A DNA stretch of 41,162 nucleotides, from IMG/VR virus record IMGVR_UViG_3300045580_000267, positions 1-41,162 of that record; one strand, given 5' to 3'. Of this stretch, positions 8,824-15,643 are shown piece after piece (position 1 is the stretch's first letter; the number at the start of each line of letters is the position of its first letter). This stretch comes from a virus (Duplodnaviria > Caudoviricetes). The notes below the pieces were generated by a model. It was given only the letters and a program-made list of their open reading frames with translations. It was not told where the DNA came from and ran no database searches. Both the position numbers and the translations under genes were made by a program.

Positions 8824-9369
8824 TCAGGTCTCCAGTGGTCCCCAGAACTGCGAACCGTCTGCTTGTATGCGTGTGTCGTTGATTGCAGTGACACTGCGAC
8901 GCGCAGGGTACTGCTGCTGGACTCGAGGGTCACCGTACGCAATCAGCTTCGTCTCGTAGAGCTCCGCATCGAGCGTGGTGATTGTTTGCTCTGCTGTAGC
9001 CAAGTCGCCCTCCAGAACTGTCTTCTCGCTCTGTAGTGTAGTGATCTCTGTGTCCTTGTTTGCGATCACTGCGTCCTTCGCGAGGATGGTCGCGTTGAGC
9101 GACGCGATGGTGGCGTTCAGTGACACGATGGTGGCGTCACGCGCAGCGATGGTTGCGTTCGCTGCAATCAGGTCGGCGCTGACATCGAGCAGCTCGTTGT
9201 ATGCGTTCTCGTAAGTGTCAACGAGGTTCCACACGTTGTTGATTGCGGTCTCGCCCTCGGTGTCGTAGCCCCACGTGCCCCAGTCCGATGTCTTGAACGC
9301 CTCCATCGTGGCGGCGTCGGCAATCAGCAGCTTGAGGTCCTCGACCTCTGCGGCGGTGAGGACAGTCAC
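8824..9369 (-). CDS. Coiled-coil protein
   Basis: Heptad repeats (AANATIAARDATIVSLNATIASLNATILAKDAVI). GTG at 9369 overlaps the upstream TGA. Confidence 0.7.
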   Translation of the reverse strand: MTVLTAAEVEDLKLLIADAATMEAFKTSDWGTWGYDTEGETAINNVWNLVDTYENAYNELLDVSADLIAANATIAARDATIVSLNATIASLNATILAKDAVIANKDTEITTLQSEKTVLEGDLATAEQTITTLDAELYETKLIAYGDPRVQQQYPARRSVTAINDTRIQADGSQFWGPLET

Positions 9370-9611
9370 AGCTCGGTCTGCGTGCGCGCCTTCTCGCGCA
9401 GCCGCTCCAGCCTGACCCAGAGCAGCGCGCCCCACCCGGCGACGTCTTCGAGCTCCTGCTGGATCTCGTCGAGGAGCGACGCAGCCGGTCGCGTAAGGCT
9501 CACGTTCCCGAACACGCGCTCGCCTTCCACGAGCCGCTCGGTGACGCGCGCGGTGAATCTGGCCAGCTCAGGCACCACGGATTTCTCGGTGTCCATGGAT
9601 TTCTTGTGCAC
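9366..9611 (-). CDS. Hypothetical protein
   Basis: 81-aa ORF, first gene of the leftward block; acidic helix EIQQELEDVAGW. Confidence 0.6.
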   Translation of the reverse strand: MHKKSMDTEKSVVPELARFTARVTERLVEGERVFGNVSLTRPAASLLDEIQQELEDVAGWGALLWVRLERLREKARTQTEL

Positions 9612-9645
9612 GCTAACCCTTGAGAATCAAGCACTTGCACCCGTT

Positions 9646-9697
9646 CTGTTTTTTTTTGTTCTTTTGTGTTGCTCGCTGTGCCGATGGTTGCTACGTT
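9646..9697 (+). promoter_or_regulatory. Putative sigma70 early promoter with UP-like T-tract
   Basis: TTGCTC(9669-9674)-17 bp-TACGTT(9692-9697) with an extended TG, preceded by a T-rich tract, at the head of the plus-strand operon. Confidence 0.6.
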
Positions 9698-9737
9698 GGT
9701 TTGTGTTGGTGGTGCTGGTGACGACGGTCGCCAGCCT

Positions 9738-9749
9738 GATCTTTGACAA
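9738..9749 (+). promoter_or_regulatory. boxA-like antitermination element GATCTTTGACAA
   Basis: Resembles the rrn-leader boxA (E. coli GCTCTTTAACA); lies about 40 nt downstream of the putative promoter. Confidence 0.5.
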
Positions 9750-9985
9750 GTCGGTGAGTGTGGCCTGCGCGGAGCCGTCAGAAGCGGCGCGGGACCAGCA
9801 CGTGGCAGCGCGTCGACACCGCCTGCCCGACCAACAGGCAGACCGGAGCGCGAGCGAGCAGACCCGGTCGGCGATGTCCCGCCGCCAACAGTAGCGGGTC
9901 TCCTCTCCCCTAACCCCTAACGACCGAGCGAACCGTGCCGGGCCCACACTGCGAGAAGAAGCGCAGGCAGTGGCCCCGGCGTCCA

Positions 9986-10044
9986 TGTGTCCAGTGCGTG
10001 GTGCGCACTGCTGACGAGGCCCACAGACCAAGGGCCGAAACACA
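9986..10044 (+). ncRNA. Type III hammerhead ribozyme 1
   Basis: Stem III TGTGT/ACACA, cleavage triplet GTC (cut after 9991), stem I CAGTGCG/CGCACTG with loop TGGTG, core CTGACGA, stem II GGCCC/GGGCC, GAAA. Confidence 0.93.
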
Positions 10045-10068
10045 CAGACAAGAAAGCACGAGACAGTC

Positions 10069-10698
10069 ATGAACGCCATCAATCACAATCTCATCGCCGC
10101 CCTCGAAGCCGTCATCGAGACCAAGACCGAGCCTATCACGAAGGCCGCACAGAGCGCGCTCACCGGCTACACGCTAATCGACGCGCAGATCGCCGAGCTC
10201 CGCCTTGAGCTCCGCAGGGGGCTCGCAGACAAGGGCGTCGTCGCCGCTGACGGCGTCACTGCCGCTGACATCGCGAACGAGTTCTGCGCTGGTGACATCG
10301 CGAACGAGATCAGCACCGACGACATCGCCGCGAACTTCGACGTCAGTGACATCGCCAGCAGCGTGCCGCTCGACGAGCTGGCCAGCGCGCTCGACTACGA
10401 GCAGCTCGCCGCTGAGATCAGTGGCCGCAAGATCGCGCAGAACGTGTCGTACCACGGCATCGTGAAGGAGCTCGACTACGACGAGCTCGCCGCGTTCGTT
10501 GACTGCGAGGACGTCGCCAAGCAGCTCGATGCGCGCGTCATTGCGCACAACCTCGACTACGGCAAGCTGGCCAGCGAGTGCGCACATCACCTGCGCTACG
10601 AGGTCGAGCGCGCAGTCGCTGAGGCACTGGCCAAACGCGACGAAGCACGTCGTGCACAGCGTTGGACCAGCCGCCTGCGGCGCTGGTTCGGCCGCTGA
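10069..10698 (+). CDS. Early hypothetical protein with acidic repeats
   Basis: 209 aa with repeated units (ADIANE, DDIAAN, DYEQLA, DYDELA, DYGKLA). Bounded by hammerheads 1 and 2. Confidence 0.8.
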   Translation: MNAINHNLIAALEAVIETKTEPITKAAQSALTGYTLIDAQIAELRLELRRGLADKGVVAADGVTAADIANEFCAGDIANEISTDDIAANFDVSDIASSVPLDELASALDYEQLAAEISGRKIAQNVSYHGIVKELDYDELAAFVDCEDVAKQLDARVIAHNLDYGKLASECAHHLRYEVERAVAEALAKRDEARRAQRWTSRLRRWFGR

Positions 10699-10755
10699 GC
10701 GGTCTGCGCCGTGGTGCGGCGCACTGACGAGGCTCCAGCCAAGAGCCGAAACCGC
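10699..10755 (+). ncRNA. Type III hammerhead ribozyme 2
   Basis: Stem III GCGGT/ACCGC, GTC (cut after 10704), stem I TGCGCCG/CGGCGCA with loop TGGTG, CTGACGA, stem II GGCTC/GAGCC, GAAA. Confidence 0.93.
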
Positions 10756-10774
10756 AATAAGAACCGAGACAGTC

Positions 10775-11056
10775 ATGACCAGCCCAGTGTTCACCAATGA
10801 ACCTATGACCTTTACAAACGCCATCCTCAATGGCCGCAACAGCAGCCGCCGTGCTTACCGCTGCAGCCACAAGGGCAAGCACTTCAAGATCACGACCGAG
10901 CGCAGTCTCGACAACAGCAAGGTTCACATCGTGCGAGTGTCCGAGGTGCCGGACTGGGATCAGTCCCCTGTGCGTGGCGTGATGTTTGAGACAACGCAGG
11001 ACGCGGTGCGCGAGGCAATGAAGCAAGTCGAGCACCTCTGCAGGTGGCACGCCTGA
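10775..11056 (+). CDS. Early hypothetical protein
   Basis: Start MTSPVF after the CGAGACAGTC leader that also precedes the 10069 ATG. Confidence 0.65.
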   Translation: MTSPVFTNEPMTFTNAILNGRNSSRRAYRCSHKGKHFKITTERSLDNSKVHIVRVSEVPDWDQSPVRGVMFETTQDAVREAMKQVEHLCRWHA

Positions 11057-11096
11057 TCGTCAATCAACTCCACAATCAACTCACAAGGAAAACACA

Positions 11097-11480
11097 ATGA
11101 AACTTCGCCAGTCAGCCGAGCAGCTTCTGTCTGTCCTTCACGCAGCACACGGCACGAACGACGTGCAGCTCACCCGCCATCAGATGTACGCCTTGGCGAG
11201 CAACCTCGCGACAATCATCAACGACGCAAACGGCCACGAGATTCAGATGCCGCACTACATCACCAACGTCGACGCGATTGACGCAGTCGACGAGTTCATT
11301 GCGCAGCGCACCGAGCCGGAGCCGGAGCCGGAGCTCGACGCCAGTCAGGTAGAGATCCCAGACACGTACTGCCCGGCATGTGGCGCGTTCGACCATGACA
11401 GGCTCGGCCAGCTCGGCAACCTGTTCTGGTTCCGCTGCACCTGCTGCGGCATCGATTACTCGAAGGAGGTGACCCAGTGA
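11097..11480 (+). CDS. Early protein with C-terminal zinc ribbon
   Basis: CPAC...FRCTCCG motif; AAGGA upstream of the ATG. Confidence 0.75.
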   Translation: MKLRQSAEQLLSVLHAAHGTNDVQLTRHQMYALASNLATIINDANGHEIQMPHYITNVDAIDAVDEFIAQRTEPEPEPELDASQVEIPDTYCPACGAFDHDRLGQLGNLFWFRCTCCGIDYSKEVTQ

Positions 11481-11707
11481 TTTCCATCAAGGCAAAGGAG
11501 GCGGCGAAGGCCGCCATCGGCGAGCTGTGCACGCGCTGCGGCGAAGACAACACGCTCCGCATCGAAGACAACAACGGCAGGCTCACCACTGAGCAGCTCA
11601 AGGACTTCAGCACGTGGTACGACATCACGTTCTTGTGCACGTCGTGCGGCGAGCAGTGGGACCGCGACGAACAGATAGCCATCTACGAGAAGGAGGTGCA
11701 GCAGTGA
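11477..11707 (+). CDS. Small zinc-ribbon protein
   Basis: CTRC...CTSC; AAGGAGGT RBS and GTGA overlap. Confidence 0.75.
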   Translation: MISIKAKEAAKAAIGELCTRCGEDNTLRIEDNNGRLTTEQLKDFSTWYDITFLCTSCGEQWDRDEQIAIYEKEVQQ

Positions 11708-11912
11708 CGCAACGCACGCCCGACTTCGCCGCGTTGAAGGAACGCGCTCGCAGGATGTCCACGGACGCCTTGCTGTACAGCATCCGCGACTGCAGCAACG
11801 CCGCAGTCATGGCAGACAAACTTGAGATTGCCGGTCTGCGCGTACTCAAGTGTATGCGCATGAGCTCAGGACACGCGCCGATGGGTGGCAACGACATCAA
11901 GACAACACGTGA
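11704..11912 (+). pseudogene. Small early gene with apparent frameshift or deletion near 11850
   Basis: The frame from GTG 11704 (AAGGAGGT RBS) is protein-like up to EIAGLRVLK and then runs through hammerhead 3. An alternative frame gives VYAHELRTRADGWQRHQDNT with a stop at 11912, just before the ribozyme. Confidence 0.5.
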
Positions 11913-11928
11913 CCGGGCCAATGCCCGG

Positions 11929-11981
11929 CGGTCTACGCAGTGGTGCTGCGTACTGACGAGGCCCAGCCAAGGCCGAAACCG
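11929..11981 (+). ncRNA. Type III hammerhead ribozyme 3
   Basis: Stem III CGGT/ACCG, GTC (cut after 11933), stem I TACGCAG/CTGCGTA with loop TGGTG, CTGACGA, stem II GGCC/GGCC, GAAA. Confidence 0.92.
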
Positions 11982-12005
11982 AAGACAACGAAAGACAAGA
12001 AAGCC

Positions 12006-12332
12006 ATGAGCGAAATCAATCACAACACGTACTTCGACGCAGTCAACGACGCAGCCAACGAGGTGCGCCGCCTAATCATCGACGAGAGCATGGACCGCGA
12101 CGAGGCCATGCATCAGGTGATTGACGGCAGCGAGTGGGTGTTCAAGTACTACCACGCTCGCCACACCTTGCTGTACAGCAACAACGAAGACGCGCTGTTC
12201 GATGCTGGCGTGCAGCTCGAAGACCTCAAGCTGCAGAGCGCGGGAGCCATCTACTGCGCGCTGGCCTACTACGCAATGCATGCCGACGTCAGCGAACGGT
12301 TCGACGAGCTGTTCACTGCCGAAGACAACTGA
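12006..12332 (+). CDS. Acidic early protein, Ocr (T7 gp0.3)-like DNA-mimic candidate
   Basis: 108 aa, Asp/Glu-rich and helical. DRDEAMHQVIDGSEWVFKYY resembles Ocr DLHDAIHMAADNAVPHYY by eye. Confidence 0.55.
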   Translation: MSEINHNTYFDAVNDAANEVRRLIIDESMDRDEAMHQVIDGSEWVFKYYHARHTLLYSNNEDALFDAGVQLEDLKLQSAGAIYCALAYYAMHADVSERFDELFTAEDN

Positions 12333-12365
12333 CACGCAACCCACAAACAAGAGAAAGCCCAAACC

Positions 12366-12764
12366 ATGTCCGACACTTACTACATCGAGCCCGTGTTCAC
12401 TGCCGATTTCGAAGAGCGCGCCGACGCAATCAGGTCGCTGCTCAGCGACACGCGCGACGCCAACATCGAGCTCTTGCACGCCTTCGCCGAGCACAGCGCC
12501 AATGGCCTCGTGCAGTACATGGCCAAAGCCGACAACCTGACGCGCAGCGACGCCATCGACGCGGCGCGCAACTGGATCGACGACAGCCGCGACCCGTTGG
12601 AGCGCCACATGACGCGCATCGAGTTCCACCTCGGCAGCTCGACGCTCACTGAGCTCCAGAGCCGCTGGCTGGTCGAGACTTACAGCGAGACCAAGCTCGT
12701 GCACAATCAGCTTGTGCGCATGCTGCATCACCTCGACACGCTGAGCAACGGAGGTGCCCAGTGA
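12366..12764 (+). CDS. Early hypothetical protein
   Basis: 132-aa ORF after an A/C-rich leader, with genome-typical codon use. Confidence 0.7.
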   Translation: MSDTYYIEPVFTADFEERADAIRSLLSDTRDANIELLHAFAEHSANGLVQYMAKADNLTRSDAIDAARNWIDDSRDPLERHMTRIEFHLGSSTLTELQSRWLVETYSETKLVHNQLVRMLHHLDTLSNGGAQ

Positions 12765-12997
12765 AGACCGACACCGCATGCAAGACTGGCCCCGTCCTCA
12801 CGGTGCAATGGTTCCCGGCAAACCAGTGCTGGGGCCTCACCTACGGCGACGCGTTGCTCGGGGTTGGCCCCGACGCGCGTCGTCTGTGGCCGCACCTGTC
12901 CACGATCACCGCCGCACTCAAGAAGTGCGGACTTGGGCTGCGCCGCATCAACGCGCAGAGCTACGCAGTCACCGACAACAACAACGCAGAAGCATGA
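12761..12997 (+). CDS. Early hypothetical protein
   Basis: 78 aa; GGAGGT RBS and GTGA overlap. Confidence 0.65.
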   Translation: MKTDTACKTGPVLTVQWFPANQCWGLTYGDALLGVGPDARRLWPHLSTITAALKKCGLGLRRINAQSYAVTDNNNAEA

Positions 12998-13386
12998 ACA
13001 TGACAGCCACAATCAAGTCCGTCGATCTCTACGTCGGCACGCGCGTGCGTGTCTACCGCAACCTCCGCAACAACAAGCTCAGCGTCATGTGCAAGTACAC
13101 GCGGCGCGTGCTTGGCCACGTCGACATGATCGAGCTCGTGCGCGCGCGCTTCATCGTGTCGCCCACTGGCGTCGAGCGCATCCGCGCAACCAAGCGCAAG
13201 CGCGTCGTCGCCTTCGTCGAAGGCACCACGCACAACTTCGAAGGGCTGCACGCAATGCAGCAGCGCGTGCAGTTTAACCCATACCGCTGGGACACGTTCG
13301 TCGATGCGGACGGCCGCGCTGTTCAGATAGCGGACGAGATCGTCGTCAACAGCAGCGGATGGATGTGGGCCAACGGCCTGCGCTAA
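12994..13386 (+). CDS. Conserved-type phage hypothetical protein (VYRNL...RKRVVAFVEG...NPY)
   Basis: ATGA overlap at 12994; motif pattern recalled from a widespread basic phage protein family of unknown function. Confidence 0.7.
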   Translation: MNMTATIKSVDLYVGTRVRVYRNLRNNKLSVMCKYTRRVLGHVDMIELVRARFIVSPTGVERIRATKRKRVVAFVEGTTHNFEGLHAMQQRVQFNPYRWDTFVDADGRAVQIADEIVVNSSGWMWANGLR

Positions 13387-13429
13387 TCATTCCTCTCAAT
13401 CAACACTCGCAAACAAGAAACAGAAAGCC

Positions 13430-14245
13430 ATGAACACTACCGTCAACACCGTTCACCCGTTCGAGAAGGCAAAGCTGGGCGCTGCACCGTTCCGCGTCGT
13501 CGCCTACGAGTACATGCGCGGCCCGGTCAAGCGCGTCGAGAACGGCGTGCTTGTCACCTACGGCAGTCCCGGCCAGCCGATGGGCACGTGCGACTACTGC
13601 GGCGCGTGCCTCGTGCATGTGTTCTTCGTCAGGAGCGCAGACGACAAAGTCTTCCGCGTCGGCTCCGACTGCGTGCACAAGACGAGCGGCAAGAAGCTGC
13701 GCACCGAGTGCGCCGATCTCGTCCGCACTCACCGCAAGAACAAGCGGCGCGAGGAGTGGCAGGCCCGGCAAGACCAGTGGGCGCGCGAGGCCGCAGAGAA
13801 GGCCGAGAAGTGGCGCGAAGCCAACCCGTGGTGGGCCGACTTCGTGTTCTACAAGGGCGACACAGACTTCGGTCGCAGCCTCGAGTACTCGCTCTCTAAG
13901 TGGGGCGAGCTGACGCAAGGCCAGACGGACGCCGCGCAGAAGATCCTCGCCGCACACAAGACGCCAAAGAGCGAGGTGCCGCTGAGCAGCAGCAGGCTCA
14001 GCGTCTCGGGCCGCGTCGTCAAGGTGCGCGACGACTTCACCGAGTTCGGCACGCGCCGCAAGGTGCTGCTCGAAGTTTCGACACCGCAAGGTAGCTACAA
14101 GCTGTGGGGCTCGCTACCGTCCGCTGCGTACACGGCGAAGCCGGGGGACACGCTGGTGTTCGAGGCGCGACTCACGCGCAGCGACAACGACGACAGCTTC
14201 GGGTTCTTCAACCGTCCGACCAAGGTCACGCTGCAGTCGGCGTGA
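13430..14245 (+). CDS. Early protein with N-terminal Zn-binding motif and possible C-terminal OB fold
   Basis: CDYCG...H...VGSDC motif; C-terminal beta-rich region (LSVSGRVVKV...GDTLVFEARL...FNRPTK). Confidence 0.7.
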   Translation: MNTTVNTVHPFEKAKLGAAPFRVVAYEYMRGPVKRVENGVLVTYGSPGQPMGTCDYCGACLVHVFFVRSADDKVFRVGSDCVHKTSGKKLRTECADLVRTHRKNKRREEWQARQDQWAREAAEKAEKWREANPWWADFVFYKGDTDFGRSLEYSLSKWGELTQGQTDAAQKILAAHKTPKSEVPLSSSRLSVSGRVVKVRDDFTEFGTRRKVLLEVSTPQGSYKLWGSLPSAAYTAKPGDTLVFEARLTRSDNDDSFGFFNRPTKVTLQSA

Positions 14246-14291
14246 CTTACCACTTCAGTTTCAACCATCAACAACCGAAAGAGAGCCAGCC

Positions 14292-14657
14292 ATGAACAAA
14301 GTCACGAAGCAGATAGCCGATTCGATTCTCAACGATTTCTTCCTCACCGAGACCAACAAGGAACTCGAGGCCACTGACTACTGCGACTTCATGCTTGAGA
14401 GGATCAAGCACTACAACCTGCAGCCCGTCGACATGGGCGAGGTCTTCGCCGAGTGGCGCGCGGACCCGGACCCGATCCGCAATCTCGTGAGCGGCAACGT
14501 TTACCAGATTGTCGTCGAAGACATGGGCGAGAAGTACAAAGACACACGCAGTCCAGAGCTGCGTTCGGTCATGTACGCCATAGCCATCCAGCTCACCATA
14601 GACTCGCGGCAAGCCTTCAAGGTCGGCGCAACGTCGGGACTGGAGCGTGCCCAGTGA
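14292..14657 (+). CDS. Early hypothetical protein
   Basis: 121-aa ORF after an A/C-rich leader. Confidence 0.7.
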   Translation: MNKVTKQIADSILNDFFLTETNKELEATDYCDFMLERIKHYNLQPVDMGEVFAEWRADPDPIRNLVSGNVYQIVVEDMGEKYKDTRSPELRSVMYAIAIQLTIDSRQAFKVGATSGLERAQ

Positions 14658-15097
14658 TTCGCTTATTCATCATGGCCGTCCTTATCGCGCTCCTCGTGGC
14701 AATCACGCACGCGCAGCGCCCCACCATCGCGCAGCTCGACGAGTACCGCAAGGAGCTGCGGCCATTGCTTGACGCGATTCGACAGGTCGAATCCAACGGC
14801 GACGACAAAGCCATTGGAGACAGCGGCAACGCCATCGGCGCGTACCAGATATGGCGCGCCTACTGGCAGGACGCCACCGACTGGTGCCAAGAGATCAAGG
14901 GCTCGTACGAAAGCTGCCACAACCGCGTCTACGCGGAGCGCATAGTCGTTGCATACTGGCACCGTTATGCGCGGAGCGCGCTGCGATCCGAAGACTACGA
15001 GGTGCTCGCTCGAGTCCACAACGGAGGGCCAAAGGGCCACCGCAAGATGGCCACGCTTGAATACTGGGCCAAGGTGTCGGAGCTCCTTGAGGACTGA
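14654..15097 (+). CDS. Secreted lysozyme-fold protein, i-type/destabilase-like
   Basis: Signal peptide IRLFIMAVLIALLVAITHA-Q; motifs AIRQVES, GAYQIWRAYWQDA and ARVHNGGPKG. GTG 14654 overlaps the upstream stop. Confidence 0.8.
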   Translation: MIRLFIMAVLIALLVAITHAQRPTIAQLDEYRKELRPLLDAIRQVESNGDDKAIGDSGNAIGAYQIWRAYWQDATDWCQEIKGSYESCHNRVYAERIVVAYWHRYARSALRSEDYEVLARVHNGGPKGHRKMATLEYWAKVSELLED

Positions 15098-15123
15098 GTA
15101 GCCCCGCCTGTACGGTTGGAGGT

Positions 15124-15582
15124 ATGCACGAGGTGTATCTCCAACCGTACGAAATCGAGCGCGCCGCATGGGTGGGCGTGCGCCGCAACGTTGAGGCCGT
15201 GCTCGGTGGCAAGGCCGCCGGGTGGGGAAGCGCCTCCGATTGCTGGCGTCCCCACATACAGGGCGCGGCCGCCGAGCTCGCCGTGGCCAAGTTCCTCGGC
15301 ACGTATTGGGAGGGTCACGTCAACACGTTTCAGCGTCGGCCCGACGTGATGGGCGCGGAGGTTAGATGGTCGAGCGTGGCCACACTCAAGCGCCGACCCA
15401 AGGACCCGGCCGACATGAAGTACATCCTCGTGACCGGGGAGATCCCTCGCCTCACAATCCACGGCTGGATGTGGGGCCACGAGATAGAGGCGCTCGGCAA
15501 CTACGCAGACCCGGGCGAGCGTGGCGTTCCGGCGTGGTTCATCTCGGCCGAGCAACTGCACCCGATGTCGGAGTTCCAGTAG
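15124..15582 (+). CDS. Phage hypothetical protein, possible PD-(D/E)xK-like fold
   Basis: GAAAELAVAKFLG...PDV...EVR pattern; GGAGGT upstream. Confidence 0.65.
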   Translation: MHEVYLQPYEIERAAWVGVRRNVEAVLGGKAAGWGSASDCWRPHIQGAAAELAVAKFLGTYWEGHVNTFQRRPDVMGAEVRWSSVATLKRRPKDPADMKYILVTGEIPRLTIHGWMWGHEIEALGNYADPGERGVPAWFISAEQLHPMSEFQ

Positions 15583-15643
15583 ACTGCTGAATAGCCATCG
15601 GCGCTATTAAGAGTTTGGCCTCATCTTTTGATAAGCTCGCGCC

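Noticed and set aside
9908-9921. CCCTAACCCCTAAC telomere-like repeat
   Set aside because: Only two imperfect units; compatible with chance or a single-stranded linker in the leader RNA.
9627-10082. 151-aa minus-strand and 170-aa plus-strand ORFs across the early control region
   Set aside because: Arg/Cys/Ser-rich, unprotein-like, and overlapping the promoter, leader and hammerhead 1.
11314-11333. (GAGCCG)x3 tandem repeat
   Set aside because: Encodes an ordinary EPEPEPE linker.
9986-11981. The three related elements as CRISPR repeats or terminators
   Set aside because: Spacing is 0.7-1.2 kb with whole genes between them, the stems vary in sequence, and there are no U-tracts. The hammerhead core explains all the conserved bases.
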